Origin: Carcharhinus longimanus
Taxonomy: Eukaryota
NCBI GenBank assembly: GCA_030264375.1
Contig: JASCQW010000081.1
Location: forward strand, 40,326,246 to 40,390,245
Direction: 5' to 3'
DNA length: 64,000 nt
Position numbers and translations under genes: made by a program. Below the pieces are notes generated by a model. That model saw only the letters and a program-made list of their open reading frames with translations, was not told where the DNA came from and made no database searches. This document shows, piece after piece, positions 1 to 14,539 of this stretch (position 1 is the first letter of the stretch; every line of letters begins with the position of its first letter).

Positions 1-185
1 ACTTTTGTACTCCATTCCCTTTGAAATAAAGGCCAATGTTCCATTTGTTTTCCCAATTACTGGCTGGACTTGCATGCTAGCTTTTGTGATTTATCCACAA
101 GGACCCCCAAATCCTTCTGTGCTGCAGCTTTCTGCAGTCTTTCTCCCTTTAAATAATAATCAACTATATTCTGCCAACCAAAGCA
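1..185 (-). mobile_element. Decayed CR1-type LINE ORF2 fragment
   Basis: ttgtactccattccctttgaaataaaggccaa...ccatttg resembles the antisense CR1 segment at about 42590-42720 (tccaatccttttgaaataaaagttaatatacccatttgcc). Confidence 0.7.
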
Positions 186-215
186 CACCCGTCTATATCC
201 CTCTGTAGATTCTTT

Positions 216-1684
216 GGGTGGAATTCTCCTAATAATTTCTAACTGCCTTAGTGGCAAGAATAATAGTGATCTGTGCCGGTTTCTCAGGCATGAACCACAA
301 ACTCCCCCCTCACACAGACACCTTTTTTTAGTGAGTTAAGAAGTTTGCGCAGGTACTGGGGTCTAAAATTGGTGGCAAGTCAGGCTTCAGAACATGTGGG
401 TGCCGGTTCACAAGACCTAATCTCAGAGTGTATCGAGAGACCCCTCCCTCTGTACCCTCCACAGACATCAGGATCCTCCTTCCTCTTCAGCAGCATGTTT
501 CCCCATCCCGTACCTGACATGAGTGACTGGTATTGGGACTCTCCTGACCTCCAATATGCCTTACCATGAAGCTCCCTAATATGCTTCCCCCATCAAGACC
601 GCCTCCCCAATCCACTCTGTAAAACCCATCAGACATCCCCCCCCCACCCCCCGTCATGGCCTCCACCCCCTTGGCACTGCCCCTGGCACACTGACAGTGC
701 CAAACTGGCACCACCCAGGCTGTCTGGTGGCCACTGCATTGTTGTCTGGTAACCACTGTTCGGTATTGCTAGTGTGCCAGTTAAGCACTACCAGAATCAG
801 GTGTGTATCGCCCTGCCCTGCCACTGACCACCTGGGTTGTCTGTGGCCTCCGAATCCTGTGGCATGACCACTGTACCAGGTCTCCACTAGTGGAGACGGT
901 AGTGATTCTCACCATTATCGCATCATGCTGGAAGGCCAGTGAATCCTGTACGCTGGGATTTGATTGGGTACGCAAATTTAAATACTATTTTAAATATGTT
1001 AATCGGCATCATGCCTTTTCTGAGCATGATCCAGTTCACACAATTAGGAAGGGGCCAGAAGACTTGCAAACTGCTTAGCGTCCGGTGCGAAACAGATTTT
1101 CAGGCCCACTTACTAGTCACTGAGATTGGTGCAATCTGCTAACAGCATGCCAAGGCCAGTGAATTGTCCCCTAAGTCCTAGAGTCCAGGAACTGATAATT
1201 GTGGGGATCTTGGGGCAAGATGAGGTGGTGAGGACCAGGGGTTGGGCAGAATGCAGTTTACAGTGTTGGTGGCGTGGCCTGGAGATGGTGGGTTGGGTGA
1301 AGGGAGGCTGTGGAGCACCTGTGGCAGACAGATCTTATGAGGTGATGTGCCCAATGTTGGTAATGAGCCACTGATGGAGGCATTCCCTCCCTTTTCCTCC
1401 CAGCCAAGGCCCGAGCAGAAACAATTTCCAGACTTCCCCTTGTTTCATACCCCATCCCACCAACCTGAAAATTGAGGCTGAGCATAATTTGGCCTTTAAG
1501 TCATTAATTGACCACTCAAGAGTCTCAATTGTGAAAGGATAGGCCAGGCTAAGCCTTGTCCATTTCACCTTAACATTGCAGAGGAGCCTGGGCAGGTGGG
1601 AGGGCAATTGAAAGGCCACCAGAGGAACTTTATAGTCTCCTCCGCTTGCAAACCAATGCATCAGCAGAATGCTAAATTCTGCCC
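216..1684. mobile_element. GC-richer, probably compound, non-autonomous DNA-element-like repeat(s)
   Basis: Starts gggtggaattctcc; candidate ends gaattgtccc (about 1170) and aaattctgccc (1684). These resemble the GGGC..AATTTT termini of other elements in the window. GC is clearly above the flanks. Confidence 0.4.
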
Positions 1685-2792
1685 GTGAACATGCTCTCCA
1701 TTACACAAAAATTCTGATATTAAAATAACAAAACTTTAGTCAAAGAACCAAATGTAATCCTAAGGGCCTAAATATACTAAACACAAGCATGTTGGTTCCC
1801 GTCCTTACTGAAATTCTCACCTTCGCTGAACTTTAAAAAAAGTGAACAAATATCATTTTATCTTTCCTTTAGAATTAACAAAAGCAGGAATTTTGGCTTC
1901 GTAAAATATTTGCGAGCAAAGCCCAGCCTGTAAATTCAGCCAATATTGTTCCTGCATAACATTCATGTCTGGCAGTCAGACCTGGCTAAATCTGATATAC
2001 CAATGCTGTGTAGAGCCCCTGACAGTGTAGCAACATGTCTTGATGGTTATAATTTCACAAATAATCTCACTGCAACTTTCTTAATCCGCCACTCATTGAT
2101 CAGTCACATACTGCCATTTATTGATGAATAGGTTGCTGCTCTGCTGGCTTGTCTGAAGTGACTTGCATTCAAACAGCAAGAATTGGCGGGAATTTATTCT
2201 TAATTTTTAAATTCTGTTATCCTGTTTCAGCACAATTTGCAGCCTGAACAATTAGATTTTTAAAAGTTAACCTGCTGATAAACCATTGAAGTCCATCTTA
2301 TAACTGAACTTCTTCCTAGGATTACATTGGACAAAAAAAAGGCACAAGTAAAATAAAAATATCATGGTCAGTTTTAAACTAAATGTTAATATTGGGGTTG
2401 GTTAGTGCATCTCTAGAATCTCAGGTTTAATCACACTAAGGTCGATAAGAACGACTTGCATTTATCACCTCTCACAAAGCTGGAAAATCTCAAATTGCTT
2501 TGCAGACAATGAAGTCTTCTTTAAAAGTTTTCAAGTACTCAAGTAAGTCTGGAGAATTCACAATGTACTTCCTAATAGGTGACATACCCAGCAAAAATTG
2601 GCACCACAGCGACAGACTCAGAGGCAGCATGCAAAAATTACTGACATGGAAACTAGAAAAGTTCAAGTTAAGGCATGTTGCTGAGGTACCATAGATGCAC
2701 ACAACCTACTGTTAACACCAAGTAGAAAATTCCCAAAATACACGCTGACAATAAGTTTAATTTACATAAAGCTCTCAATCACAGGAGCTCAA

Positions 2793-3118
2793 GTGGCACG
2801 GTAGCACAGTGGTTCGCACCGCTGCTTCAGAGCGCCAGCGACCCAGGTTCGATTCCAGCCTTGGGTGACAGTCTGTGCAAAGTTTGCATATTCTCCACGT
2901 GTCTGCATCGGTTTCCTCTGGGTACTCCAATTTTCTCCCACAGTCCAAAGATGTGCAGGTTAGGTAGATTGGCCATACTAAATTGCCCCTTGGTGTCAGG
3001 GGGATTACTAGGGCAAATCCATGGGGTTATGGGGAGAGGGCCTGGGTGGGATTGTTGTCGGTGCAGGCTCAATGGGCCAAATGGCCTCTTTTTGCACTGT
3101 AGGAATTCTGTGATTCTA
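2793..3118 (+). mobile_element. HE1-like tRNA-derived V-SINE
   Basis: A-box gtagcacagtgg, B-box ggttcgattcc, V-domain core (ggtttcctctgggtactcc...cccacagtccaaagatgtgcaggttagg), and a CR1-derived tail ending in (gattcta)-like repeats. Confidence 0.85.
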
Positions 3119-4579
3119 AGTTAAGCACAAGTTGACTCTTTCCTTGCTGGATCGACAGCCTCCATTTTAAGATCATTTGAAGGGCACCATTAAACAGCAG
3201 ACAAACTTTGGCATAGTCTCTGGGACAGCTCCCTCCAACATTTTAACTGAAAAGTCAGCAGTGCTGGTCAATAGGGTGAGTTCATGTGACATGTGAGATC
3301 AGCTGCAGTACAGAGCTCTGCAATGAAATTTCCCTCCTCCTAAGGTAGGCCCTGTGATGTCAATGCATGCACCTTCATTTACAAAACTGCTAACATGTCT
3401 TGGAAGACACATTAGCAAGTATCAATGGATTCTCTGAAGACAAACAGAGGCTGGCTAAGTTCCCACTTGCCACTGGAAGGGATGAGAGCTTTGGCATAGC
3501 TGCAGGCCAAGGCGGCATGAAAAGAGTTAAGGAACAATTCATGATCAAATGTAAACAGACTATTCGGCACAGCTTGTTTATGGATAACTACTGGACCCGT
3601 TCACTTCCATTTCAAACCAGCCCCAAAGAATTTCTGCTTCATGTTTGAGAAGTAGAGATTGACTGTACATTTTCGGAGAATGAACAGAGCAGAAAAATTA
3701 AAATTCAGACTGAAACTGACCAAAATATTTCAATATATTCAATGTCAATGGATTTTGATTTAGTTTCACGGCATTATGCTTCAGCTGCCCCTCATAGAGA
3801 ACGAGAAAGCTTTATTGTTAAATAAAATTACAAAATACATCCCATTTTATAAACTTTTACCAAATAGTTTAACAAAAATAAATTTCAATATGCTTTTAAA
3901 TGTCAGCACAATATATACCGGGCATTATAGCAGACACAATTTTGGAATATATATATTTTTTAAAATAGCAATGACAACAATGCAGTTTATCAAAATATTT
4001 TCTTTAAAAGCATGTCAGCTGAACCTGCTTCCCATTTTCACAGCAGAGACATATGTCTTTATGCCAAAATATCATCTCCCGATTTTGTTTGTCAATTTGA
4101 AAGAAGTGGTTTTTAATTTCTCATTCAGAACTGTAATTGAGGTTGTTTGTAGGCCCCTGCGAATAATACTCTACATATACCATCCACTGAGCAAAAGGAT
4201 CACTTGATTTCATTAAGCTCACTACCCAAAATGTTGGTGTTAAATCAATAAAAGAAATAAATTCCCAAACCACAATGGACATTTTTTTTTAATTTAAAGA
4301 CCCCAAATAAGTCTCCAATTTTTAATGAAGCATAAGTTTGCAACATCAAATATCATGTTGGCAGCGAGACTGTAACAGTACCGCAGGGTCTTCCGACAGC
4401 TGAGTGTTATCTGTCCTTCCACACACACCCTCTTCATCTCTCTTTCTTCCTGGCCCACATTCACACTCTCCAGATGGACCATCAGTTTCATACCCATGCC
4501 AACATCATCAAGAACAGCTTGCACGATGTTTGGGAAAAACAAAGATGATAGATTAAGTATCAGATGTGATGCCGGAGTG

Positions 4580-4608
4580 GTGTGTGTGTGTGTGTCTGTC
4601 TGTCTGTC
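4580..4608. repeat. Compound (TG)n(TGTC)n microsatellite
   Basis: gtgtgtgtgtgtgtgtctgtctgtctgtc read directly. Confidence 0.9.
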
Positions 4609-7600
4609 TTTGCATGACTATGACTTTGTAGCTTAAACAAAACTTCGAAACATAGCTTCTTAAACCTGTTTTGCCAGAACAATGTAGCCAGTCCTTTTAA
4701 GACATGCTGTTTAAATTGAGGCTGGAAAGAGTCTTTGTGCAATATGTTACATTGCAGGCTTTCGTCCAATCCAATTTCCAAATAGGTACAGTCAAAGTCA
4801 TTGCAACATATACAGTCGCACCACTTGCAAAAAAAAACACCACTACTTTTGGAGCAGCTTGGTTGCATTTCAAGTATTAAAGAGCCACAATGGGCTCTGT
4901 ATATTTTTGCCGCTTTGTTTTAGAATAATGAGACAAAAGCAATATAGGAAATTAGCTTTTAATTTTAGTGTAAAATTTTCCTTTTTGTTTCTTGCCCATT
5001 TGAGGTATAGCATATTGGTCCATAGCGCAGACAGGCCTGGTAAACTTGTGGAATGATATTTTAACATCCTCAATTCTTCAAGTTAAAATCAGGCTTATAA
5101 ACTGAGACAAGATCTGATGTGCTATATAAAATTATCAAAACGATATGTTGTCTGAATGTTCTGCTAACTGATTTCATTATGAAGATTTTTTTTCATGTCA
5201 GAGGAAAGAAATTTATTTATTCTTTTCTTGATAAGCAATGTTAAATGTTATAAGGTGCTTTCAAAGTGAATTCAGGTATAAGTTTTACTTACGGTAACAT
5301 CTGGAAGAATGAGTAAGGTGCTGGCAGAGTTGAAGTCTAATCTTATTATGGGGACAGGGTTCACAGGAAACTATCAGAACGTTAACAGTGTTTTAGCGTT
5401 ATTCAGGCTACTTGCACTGCTCTAATATAACGCACAGCTGTCTTCCCCATTTTTTTCTGGCAGCAATGAGGCAATTTAAGATACTGAGGGGAAAGAAACA
5501 GAGATTGCAAATTTGGAGAAGTAAACATTTCTGAATGAAAACCCCTTCCTCATCTCCGAAAAATTAAATGCTGCAGTATCTTTACTTTGACAATTGCAAA
5601 TTAACAGATGAGAAAAAACTCTGGCTGAGAGGGTTGAGTGCACTATACACATCAGTTATTAATGCAAGATTTCTGACATGTGTTCATAATCGTGTTGAGA
5701 TGTAAACACGAGGTTTTTTTTTAAGAAAAACACCCCTTTTCCTCACACTCTTCAGGAAAGAAATAGTTACAAGTATACAATTGAACAATTTTCTAGTCAA
5801 GACCATAATGGATACCCTCCTTTTCCATTAAGTACACTTGAAATTTTAAATATGTAGTTATTTTTACAATACATTCATAATATATCTGAATTACAGCATG
5901 TTCCAGGCATAGTAGGCTGGCACACAATAGCAAGGAATATTACAAAATGTCTATGTCTTCAAATACTAAGGGACTAATGAGCCCAATTATGGCTGATATA
6001 TAACTGTATGCCAGATAAAAATCTTAAATTGAAGAAATACAATGTGCGATTCTCACATTTTAGAAATAAAAATTATTGGAAAATATACTTCCTATTGCTT
6101 TGAGTACCATATTCATTCCAGGATTACACTTGGACAGCTGGATTATGTCTGAGGTCTGCTCTTTCTTCTGCTCAAGCAGCAGAATACAGTCGAGAGAAGC
6201 TGTTTTGCACAAGCTTGGAGTAGCTTGGAAAAGAGTTTAATAAGAAAAACATAAGTTGAAATAAAAGATCCACTGAAAAGGAAAGGGAGCTATGGAATTT
6301 TTCGAAAAGAAGCAGCAGAAACAAAGAAAATAAAACAAAATGGAAGATAATGCAAGAAAAACAAACTGCTAAAGAGAAATTAGCTGACGCTATTATAGTT
6401 GATTTTATTTAATTAAGATTTTTTTAAATAAACCCCTCATTACTTTCCTACAAACTAAAGATCTGAATTCTACTGATCGAAAACATAAAAAGTCTTAATA
6501 ATTGCATACGGCGAATGTCTAAGTTATTACTTTTGGATATAAAGTGCTAACAATGCAACTCAAAGCAGATAGAAGCTCTCGATGCAATAACTAAACAATA
6601 AAACTACATGCATCAATTCAAATAAAGACTCTATTCAGTTTTTACAACTGATTTTAAAATAAACGCATGAAAGCAATTACATGAAGCTATCTTAGCTCCA
6701 ATTCAGCAAACAAGGGATCATTGTCAATAAAAAAAATGAAGTAAAGAGATTAATGCTGTATAAATGTACATAAATAAAACAGTTGGAGAGACCATGTAAG
6801 CTAAGAACAGGCTTTTCAAAGTCATTGTACTGCAATCTCTGAAATAGCTGGGGAAAAAACCTTTAAAATTCAACTAAATGCTGCTAATGTTTTTTAAATA
6901 CTCTAAGGTACTTATGCGGATGTTAGCATGAAGCAAAATAAATAATTGTGCAGTTCAAGGAAATAAATGTGGTTGATTCAACAATTCAAGTCCTATTCTG
7001 CAAGGAATATTACAGAATCCAATCCAACTGCAACTTATATTATGCTTATGATTAACAATCAAAATCAATTTAAATTGCCTTCTGGAGTGACTTCAAACAC
7101 CTGCTTTCTACTACCTGTACTCCAGAAATATTTGATTTAGCGGGTTTTTTTCTTTAGCAGTAATGAATACTTTGAAGCAACATAAGTAAAGGCTCTAATG
7201 CAACATACATTCCCCCCACCACACTAGAACATTGCCAACTTTAAATATTTTTAAAGCAAGTAATGAAACAGTGCTCCACAAACAAAATAACGTATTCAGC
7301 CTATTTTATATTGAAATGAGTTTGTACAATTATTACATTTAAGTTGACAAGGAATGGCTGGCCTTGTAATTCTATTTGTGCAGTAATATTTATTTAAATA
7401 CATGATAATTCTCCCGTAAAAGTACTAAAATTTAGTTTTTAAATAAAGCCTTTGCTTGCTCTTTCTGCTTTGAGCTATAGTTCTCCAAAAAATATCTTAA
7501 AAATATCAACAGAAAATTCCAGCAAGTGACTAATCTTCAGCAAGCTCAAATGCAGTATCATGAATTGCAAACACCCGCTGGTTAGTTAGCGGAAGGAAAA

Positions 7601-8921
7601 CAGAGTAGCTTTTCTACAAAGGTGAACAATGCACTCAATTGAAAAAAAACTCATTGCTTCAATGAGAACAATTTGGTAAAATTACTTCTAAACTGCAGGC
7701 ACTTCATGCTGATATGTTGAAGTCTGACAATCTGTTCCAGCAAAAAAACTGAAATATTAATTCTCCTTCATGACAACTTGGGGTTCTTTTTGACAAATAT
7801 GGATGCTATGGGACAGTTTGAAAAACAAACACCGTGTAAGTCTATAATTAGCAAATCATGGAGAACTCTGTGGAAATGACCCATAAACACAAAGATATGG
7901 ACAATGCATAATACCTCCATTTCAAATCAGTTGGATTATGTGTAATGTTGTGACACTCAAGTAACTCAAAGATCCTGTTTACCGAACCCACACCCCATCT
8001 CCGTAACCTTTTTTCTGGAAAATCAGTGCAAAAGCATGGAAAAATTAAACATTTTAGCAGAGTAAAAATATATTTTAAAATTTTCAGGAAAAAAACGGAA
8101 ATATAAAGAGGCTGTAATTTTCCAAAGACAATTAGGGAGATTTAGCCCAATTTCCTTTATAGTACCGAGTGTTGTTCCAAAATTAGCATGTTAAAACTAT
8201 GTTGACATAAATAGATAACGTATGTCATGTTTTAAATAAGTTGTCTTTAATAGTTCAGAACGGGACAGGAGGAACCTTAAATAAATACAGCCTAAAGCTG
8301 CGAGAAGCATTGTTAATAAAAATAAAAAAAACAGTTTATTCCTTTCCTGCTAAACAAATGGGAATTGCATTGAGTTAGGTAAATAAATGATACAACAAAA
8401 AAAAAGCTAAAGAGGAACTCCTTCCAAAGTGAACAAATTGCAAATCTAAATAGTTAAAACAACAGAATTAGATAATTAGTAATACAAAGTGGTCAGGAGA
8501 CGTAGAGCATCTGTCCTTCACTAATAGTTATGTAAGAGATTGAAAGGATTGGACTGATTTTGCAGGAGTACGGCAGAAAAGCAACAAATGATTCCAAACT
8601 TAGGGGTTTTTGATGTGAAACCTCATCTGTATTTTTATTTTTTTTTAATCTTTATTGAATCTTTCCATTTGTTTTCCTTCACTCATTCAATTTCACAATT
8701 ACAAAGCTCCCGTGGTGATTTTAAATCAACTTCTCCTTCTGAAACAAACACGTATTCCTTCTACCGTATCTACAGCAGAAGTCATTTTAAGTCTCTTTTC
8801 TCTGCTTCAAGTTGCTTTGTTCTGACCTTTATTAGATTCCTATGTGCTCTAACCCACAAATGCCGACCTTGTACCCAAAATGCCAATCCAGTTATTTGTA
8901 CCATGAAGTTATTTAGTTGCA

Positions 8922-8993
8922 AAGTAAGCTTATTGCTCAAGATCTGAGCAAGTGCATGAACAAGTGAGCTTATTGCTCAAGATCTGAACAAGT
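8922..8993. repeat. Local tandem duplication, two 32-bp copies with 40-bp period
   Basis: aagtaagcttattgctcaagatctgagcaagt (8922-8953) and aagtgagcttattgctcaagatctgaacaagt (8962-8993). Confidence 0.9.
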
Positions 8994-11900
8994 TTTGTCA
9001 TTAAAGACATGTAATTTTATGCAGTATGTGTAATTGAGATATATAAAATAAATGTGAGAAATAAAAATGGAAGAATGTTTGAAGAATACAAGTGCATTTT
9101 AAAATGTATTTCAACAGTTGCAGCTTTTCATTTTTATCTTTAAATAAAAATGAGTGGAAAAAAGTGCAGTTGTTAAATTATTACTAAACATATGTTTCTG
9201 TTTAAATCTACCTTAAAATCAAAATTAACTACACTTAAACACAATGGTTTTGGCAGTGAAAGGCCTGCTTTTCAAAATGCACTTTCCTTTGAAAGTTTCA
9301 GACGTGTCACTATGTCAAAATGGCCACATTAATAGCAATGGAACAACAGTTATTTATCCCAACAGTAAGGAATGTGATCTCTACAAAATAAACTACGTAG
9401 CTTCTTAAAGATATAAATGCAATCTCTACCCCAAAACCCCCCACCCTTACCCAGCATTCATTGAGATGAAATGGGAATCGAACGATATGCACAATAACGA
9501 GCTACGTATTTTGATGAGCAACGCAGAGACAGGAGAATAAACTTGACTGTGCTTTTTATCTTACTGCTGCATTACACTACTTTAAAAAAAAATTCCCTTT
9601 AGTCTTCACATATATTGACTTCTTCATCTTTATCGGCTACCAGCATAAAGTCCACAATCTGGTATGGGTTTTGTTCAATGGATTTACACCTGCTGTTAAT
9701 GCAGACCAAAACTAGGCTCCAGCAGAATAAACCAATGCTATATTGCTGGTACAAAAAAAAAACTCGTACATATACATCTGGGAAAGGATGTTCATAGAAA
9801 ATAGAGGTGGGGCAAATTTCTTAAAATTTGAAACCAAATTAAAATGAAGGACAAAATAAAAACTTTGGTTTCTTTTTGAGTGCGTAAACGAAGTAGTTAC
9901 ATCAACATTTGTTAATTCCCATTATATTCAAACCATTCTTTTAAATTGCAAATAAGCAGCGGTTGGATGAATTGTACTGATGACTGATTTATTTTAGAAC
10001 AGCATCGCATTCATTTTACACTGTACCAAAATCAGTCATTGTCTTTTGAAACCATCTTGGAAGCAGGCTGCTTATCAGAAACGCGGTCGTATGAATATNN
10101 NNNNNNNCTGAAACTTTAAATATAAAAAAAAGTAATTCCTTTAAAGGACTGAGATTAGGCACTCTGTAAATTTGCAAGAAAAGGTGGTGATTGAAACCAC
10201 TTCATTCTGCCAGTTACATCATTATTGAACAGGATTCAATAGTCAAGATATGGCACTCATAAACGTGCAATAATGAAATTAAACCAAAAAAAAACTCTCA
10301 AAAAAGGACTAGAAAAGATTAGTAAAAATGTCCTCCTTGGTTCATTACTGCTTGTCGTACAAGATTTAAGCAATGCATCTGATATAGTCAGAGGCAAAAT
10401 AACACAAGCTAAGTATTTTAACTTATAAGAATGGAAAGTAATTACAGGTATTTACAAAGGTAAAAACATCACAAAACTTTTCACCATAAATTAAAATACT
10501 AACATTGGCTTCTTTGTCTTATTTTCTTATAGAAAAGAATCATCATGAATTCTACTAAAACAGAAGTTAAAAAAGTTTGGATTGGCTCATTAAGATATTA
10601 ACCCAACTAAATGTTATTGAGCTGAAAAATTCCAAACACCTTTTTCTGCAGCAATTTAAAATACGTGCTTTCAATATTCAAAGAAATAATGAGAAAAATA
10701 CTTCTATGTTTTCAGTTTAAATAGTTAAGCCTGTGTAGGCTGTAACTCTTAAACTGGTTAAAATTCCTCCAAACCCTTTTTAAAAGAGTATCAGCGGGCT
10801 ATAAGAAACAGGGACACACCCTTAAAAAAAATCTCTTCTCATTACCAGATTACTAAAATCTAGCATTCATGTTTCCCTCTCTTTAAAACAGACAAGAGAA
10901 AAAATCCATAACATATTCTTAACTAAACCAACTGCAATCAGAGCCCAAACCACATGATGAAAGCCCTGTATCCCAGAATTAGCATTTATTAGAACATATT
11001 ACAGAATCAATCATTGCTTTCTTAAGTTGAGGTATTGCTGGAGAGCTCAGTAAGTCAACATAATATTAAAATGAATCTTTCAATTAAACTTTCTTTTTAA
11101 TTTCATCTTGAATGAATGCCATCTGAATCATGTTAAACTTCTTCTACCAGTAGTATTTCTAGCCACCTACCAAGTTGTGTGTTCATTTCATTATTTCGTG
11201 GTTTCATTTTTATTGGAATTGTTTGTAATCCATTTCCACTGGTTAAAGAATTGACTTTAGTAAATTATTCAAATCCTATAGTTAGTTCAGAAAAGTTGCA
11301 GTTTTGCTTAATTTAAATCAAAATTGTGGGTCGTGTGTAGATTTGTTATGCGCAATATTGAAGCAATACCTTTGATGTGTTATTGACATTTTTGTTTAAC
11401 AATGCTGACTTTTTTTTCTATTTACTGAAGTTCCTTGAGTGGCAAAATAGGCATACAAGCAATATATTAAAAGCCATATCATGCGTGTGATCGAGTAAGA
11501 TATACGATGAGAAGATTCACATAACTTAACTGTCACTGAGTTAACTAGAATCGTCAATCACTGTTCCCAACACAATCATTTGTATGTGTTTAAGAAGATA
11601 TATTTACTTTGTACAAGTCAGCTTGTTACAATTAGAGTGTATATCCTTAAATATTATTTGAATTCAGCGTACGAACACCGCCATAATCTTGTACAAAGAT
11701 AATCATAACTTTGATCTCTTGCACTATGAAATCAACTTGACTATGACTTCCTCAATCTCGTTTAGACTAGAATTCAAAGCCAATGAATCCTCTTATCCAG
11801 CCTTCCATGGTCCACTATAAAACATCAAAATGAGGACCTTTGCAGTGAATGTCAGGATATGGTATAATAATTTGATAAAATGTCTCACCTGTACATTTTC

Positions 11901-12154
11901 CCTGACCATCATTGCCTAAAACATATTGATTTAATAGTTATGAACACCTTCAAGACATGACATCATAACATTAATGACAGTGACTAGAAAGCAAAATTAA
12001 TTATAGGTTACGGGTATCTAATTAGATCTAATGGATTTACTGCACTTAACTGTCCCTCGGAATGATGTATGTTTTATGAAAAGTGATATTTTACCAAAGG
12101 CAATTACCAAAGCTCTTGTTATAGAGCATTAAATTGTATGAATTATATTGTAAA

Positions 12155-12860
12155 TGGCAGAACCTTTACGAACATTTACAGAGGGATCTGAGCGTGCGGA
12201 TCCACAGTTCCCTAGAAATGGCAACACAGGTGGCCAAGGTAATTAAGACAGCATATGGCATGCTTGCCTTCATCAGCCAGGACACTGAGTAAAATAACTG
12301 AGAAGTCACGTTGCAGCTACATAAAACCTTGGTTAGACCGCATTTGGAGTATTGCATGCAGTTCTGTTCACCACATTACCAAAAGGACGTGGAAGCTTTG
12401 GAGAGAGTGCAAAGAAGGTTCACCAGGACATTGCCTGGTCTCGAGGGTGTTGGCTAAGAGAGGTTGAATAAACTCGGATTGTTTTCACTGGAAAGACAGA
12501 GGCTGAGAAGAGACCTGATAGAGGTCTACAAAATTATGAGAAGCATAGACAAGGTGGATAGTCAAAAGTTTTTTTCCCAGGGGCATACGTTCAAGGTGAG
12601 AGGGGGCAAGTTTAAAGGAGAATGTGCGGGGGAAGTTTTTCATGCAGAGTGGCGGGTGCCTGGAACGCACTGCCAAAGGAGGTGATGGAAGCAGGTACAA
12701 TAGCAGCAGGTAAGAGGCAGCTGGATGGATACATCAATAGGGAGGGAATAGAGGAATACAAACCAAATAAGGGCAGAAGGTATTTTTAAGTTTAGTTCGG
12801 GCATCAGCACAAGCTAGGAGGGCCGAAGGGCCTGTTCCTGTGCTGTACTTTTCTTTGTTC
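12155..12860 (+). mobile_element. 5'-truncated CR1 LINE (ORF2 C-terminus and 3'UTR), frameshifted
   Basis: Frames give LQLHKTLVRPHLEYCMQF and LGLFSLERQRLRRDLIEVYKIM, both typical CR1 ORF2 C-terminal motifs. Tail ggccgaagggcctgttcctgtgctgtac. Confidence 0.9.
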
Positions 12861-12866
12861 AAACAC

Positions 12867-12991
12867 AGATGGGATTTTCTGACCTCTCTCACTCCAAAAC
12901 TGGAAAATCCCGCCAAGGTCAATGGACTTTCTGTGGTCTGCCCCTTGCCTGCTTGAATTCCCGCAGTGGGTGGGGCAGTAAAATTTGCCCC
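12867..12991 (+). mobile_element. Short MITE-like element, degenerate copy (family A)
   Basis: Ends gggattttctg...cagtaaaatttgcccc. Internal aaaatcccgccaaggtcaatgga is similar to the copy at 21475. Confidence 0.6.
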
Positions 12992-14539
12992 AAGCCATTT
13001 TTGAGGCACTGTTTCATTCATGTTTCTGCATCCAAGTAGAACATGTGCAAACATTATAAAAGCCGCAGATATTATAAATGGTTCACCCTGCCCCTCCACT
13101 CCAACAGCACTTTGTTTCGGGTTGCGTGGGGCATAAAATTAAGAAAGCTGGACCATACCTTTGAGTATTTTTCCTTTTTGGGTGAAGAAAACCAAGTCAA
13201 AATAAGATTTTCCTCATCTTTTCAGATAGATAGTCCTTTGACACAAAAAGACCTACTACAAAGCAAAGTTCACACAGAAATGTCACTCCTTTTGTAAATC
13301 TCAGCCTACCTTTCACTCAAAACTCAATTTTCTGACTTTAAAATTAAATAACTCCTCCTGCCACTCAACTGATGTGACGAAATTGTAATTGTACACACGT
13401 GATTTGAGCCCTGATGATGAAAGAATTCATCATATTTATGCAAGATTTTTTATTTAAATAACTCTATAGCCCTTTGCTTGCAATTTATAATCATGTAGCA
13501 GTGTGGTTTGCAAAATATCTCAAATCTTTATTTACTTGGCCCCATGTGAGCACACCTCTTCGTTGGAGGCCACCAAAGGCTAGTTTCAACGGCTAAGGAT
13601 TGACTAATTCAGAACAGCTTAGGTTAAACCATCTATCTCCCACCTAAAACACTGTGACACAATTATTCTTAATGACACTCCAGAAGAATAAAATCAGTTT
13701 TCAAAAAAACTTTCTTGGCAATGACATCAGGAGTACGTTGGCATAATTCCAAAGATGTACATACAAATCAGTAAAAGTAGAGATTGGACAATAATTGTGT
13801 TTTTTTTTGGTCAAAGTTATTCCAACTAAAACACAAACAGCAACTTCCTATGAAAAGAAACAAATTAAAGATAATTATGTCTTTCCTTCATTAAAAAAAA
13901 ACAAAAATCAGAGGCAATAACCCAAGGCTATTATCAAAGTGGAGTGAATAATTAACATTTACGCTTTCTTTGCCCTCAGTTTGTATAAACAACATTCTTT
14001 TTTTAAATTTAAAAAATTAGTGTGAATTAATCTTGATGCTGTGTTAGTCTAAGTCCTGCAAAGAATTTCAACCAGCTCCAGTTATTTCTCCTTGACCTAG
14101 ACCATCACAATTTAAATATTCTAGCTTTTTTAAAACTTTTTTTGCACACTTCAAACAACAATAACAAAACTGTCTTGTGTTGCAATCAAAAATTCAATTT
14201 ATGCAGTAATTCTTATGTTTTACCTTTTTAAATTCCATAACCTTAGATTCAAGGAACTGCATTATCTTTTCCTATTTCTTGTATTTATGGCAGAACTGTT
14301 AAAGTCATCTTTGTATTGAAAAACTACAATGGATCTTTTGTAAGTATAGAAAACAAGACCAATAAAATCGTAAATTAACTTAAATTATCTATCAATGTCA
14401 GAAATCAACAAAATGCCTGATAAGTATCAGCAAGACATGATAAATCATTTCATTCATTTTGGGCCTGGTCACCTAACGCGTGAAATATTTATCACTTCAT
14501 GTTAAAGGCCAAGAAGCATTTGTTTTATCAGAATCAATG

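Noticed and set aside
2793-2870. tRNA-like heads at 2793, 22979, 32540 and 46335 as tRNA genes
   Set aside because: Each continues into a SINE body and does not form a full cloverleaf.
3776-4207. 143-aa ORF (likewise 8588-8947, 39368-39832, 42776-43165, 53718-54089)
   Set aside because: No recognisable domain. Composition reflects AT-rich or repeat DNA, and there is no splice support.
4294-4542. Minus-strand 82-aa frame that looks protein-like, as a possible NFIA exon
   Set aside because: No similarity to NFI exon 3 or later exons, and no convincing acceptor/donor pair.
13738-13752. TTGGC-ATAAT-TCCAA, a near-consensus NFI site (autoregulation)
   Set aside because: A single one-mismatch site is expected by chance in 64 kb, and I saw no clustering.
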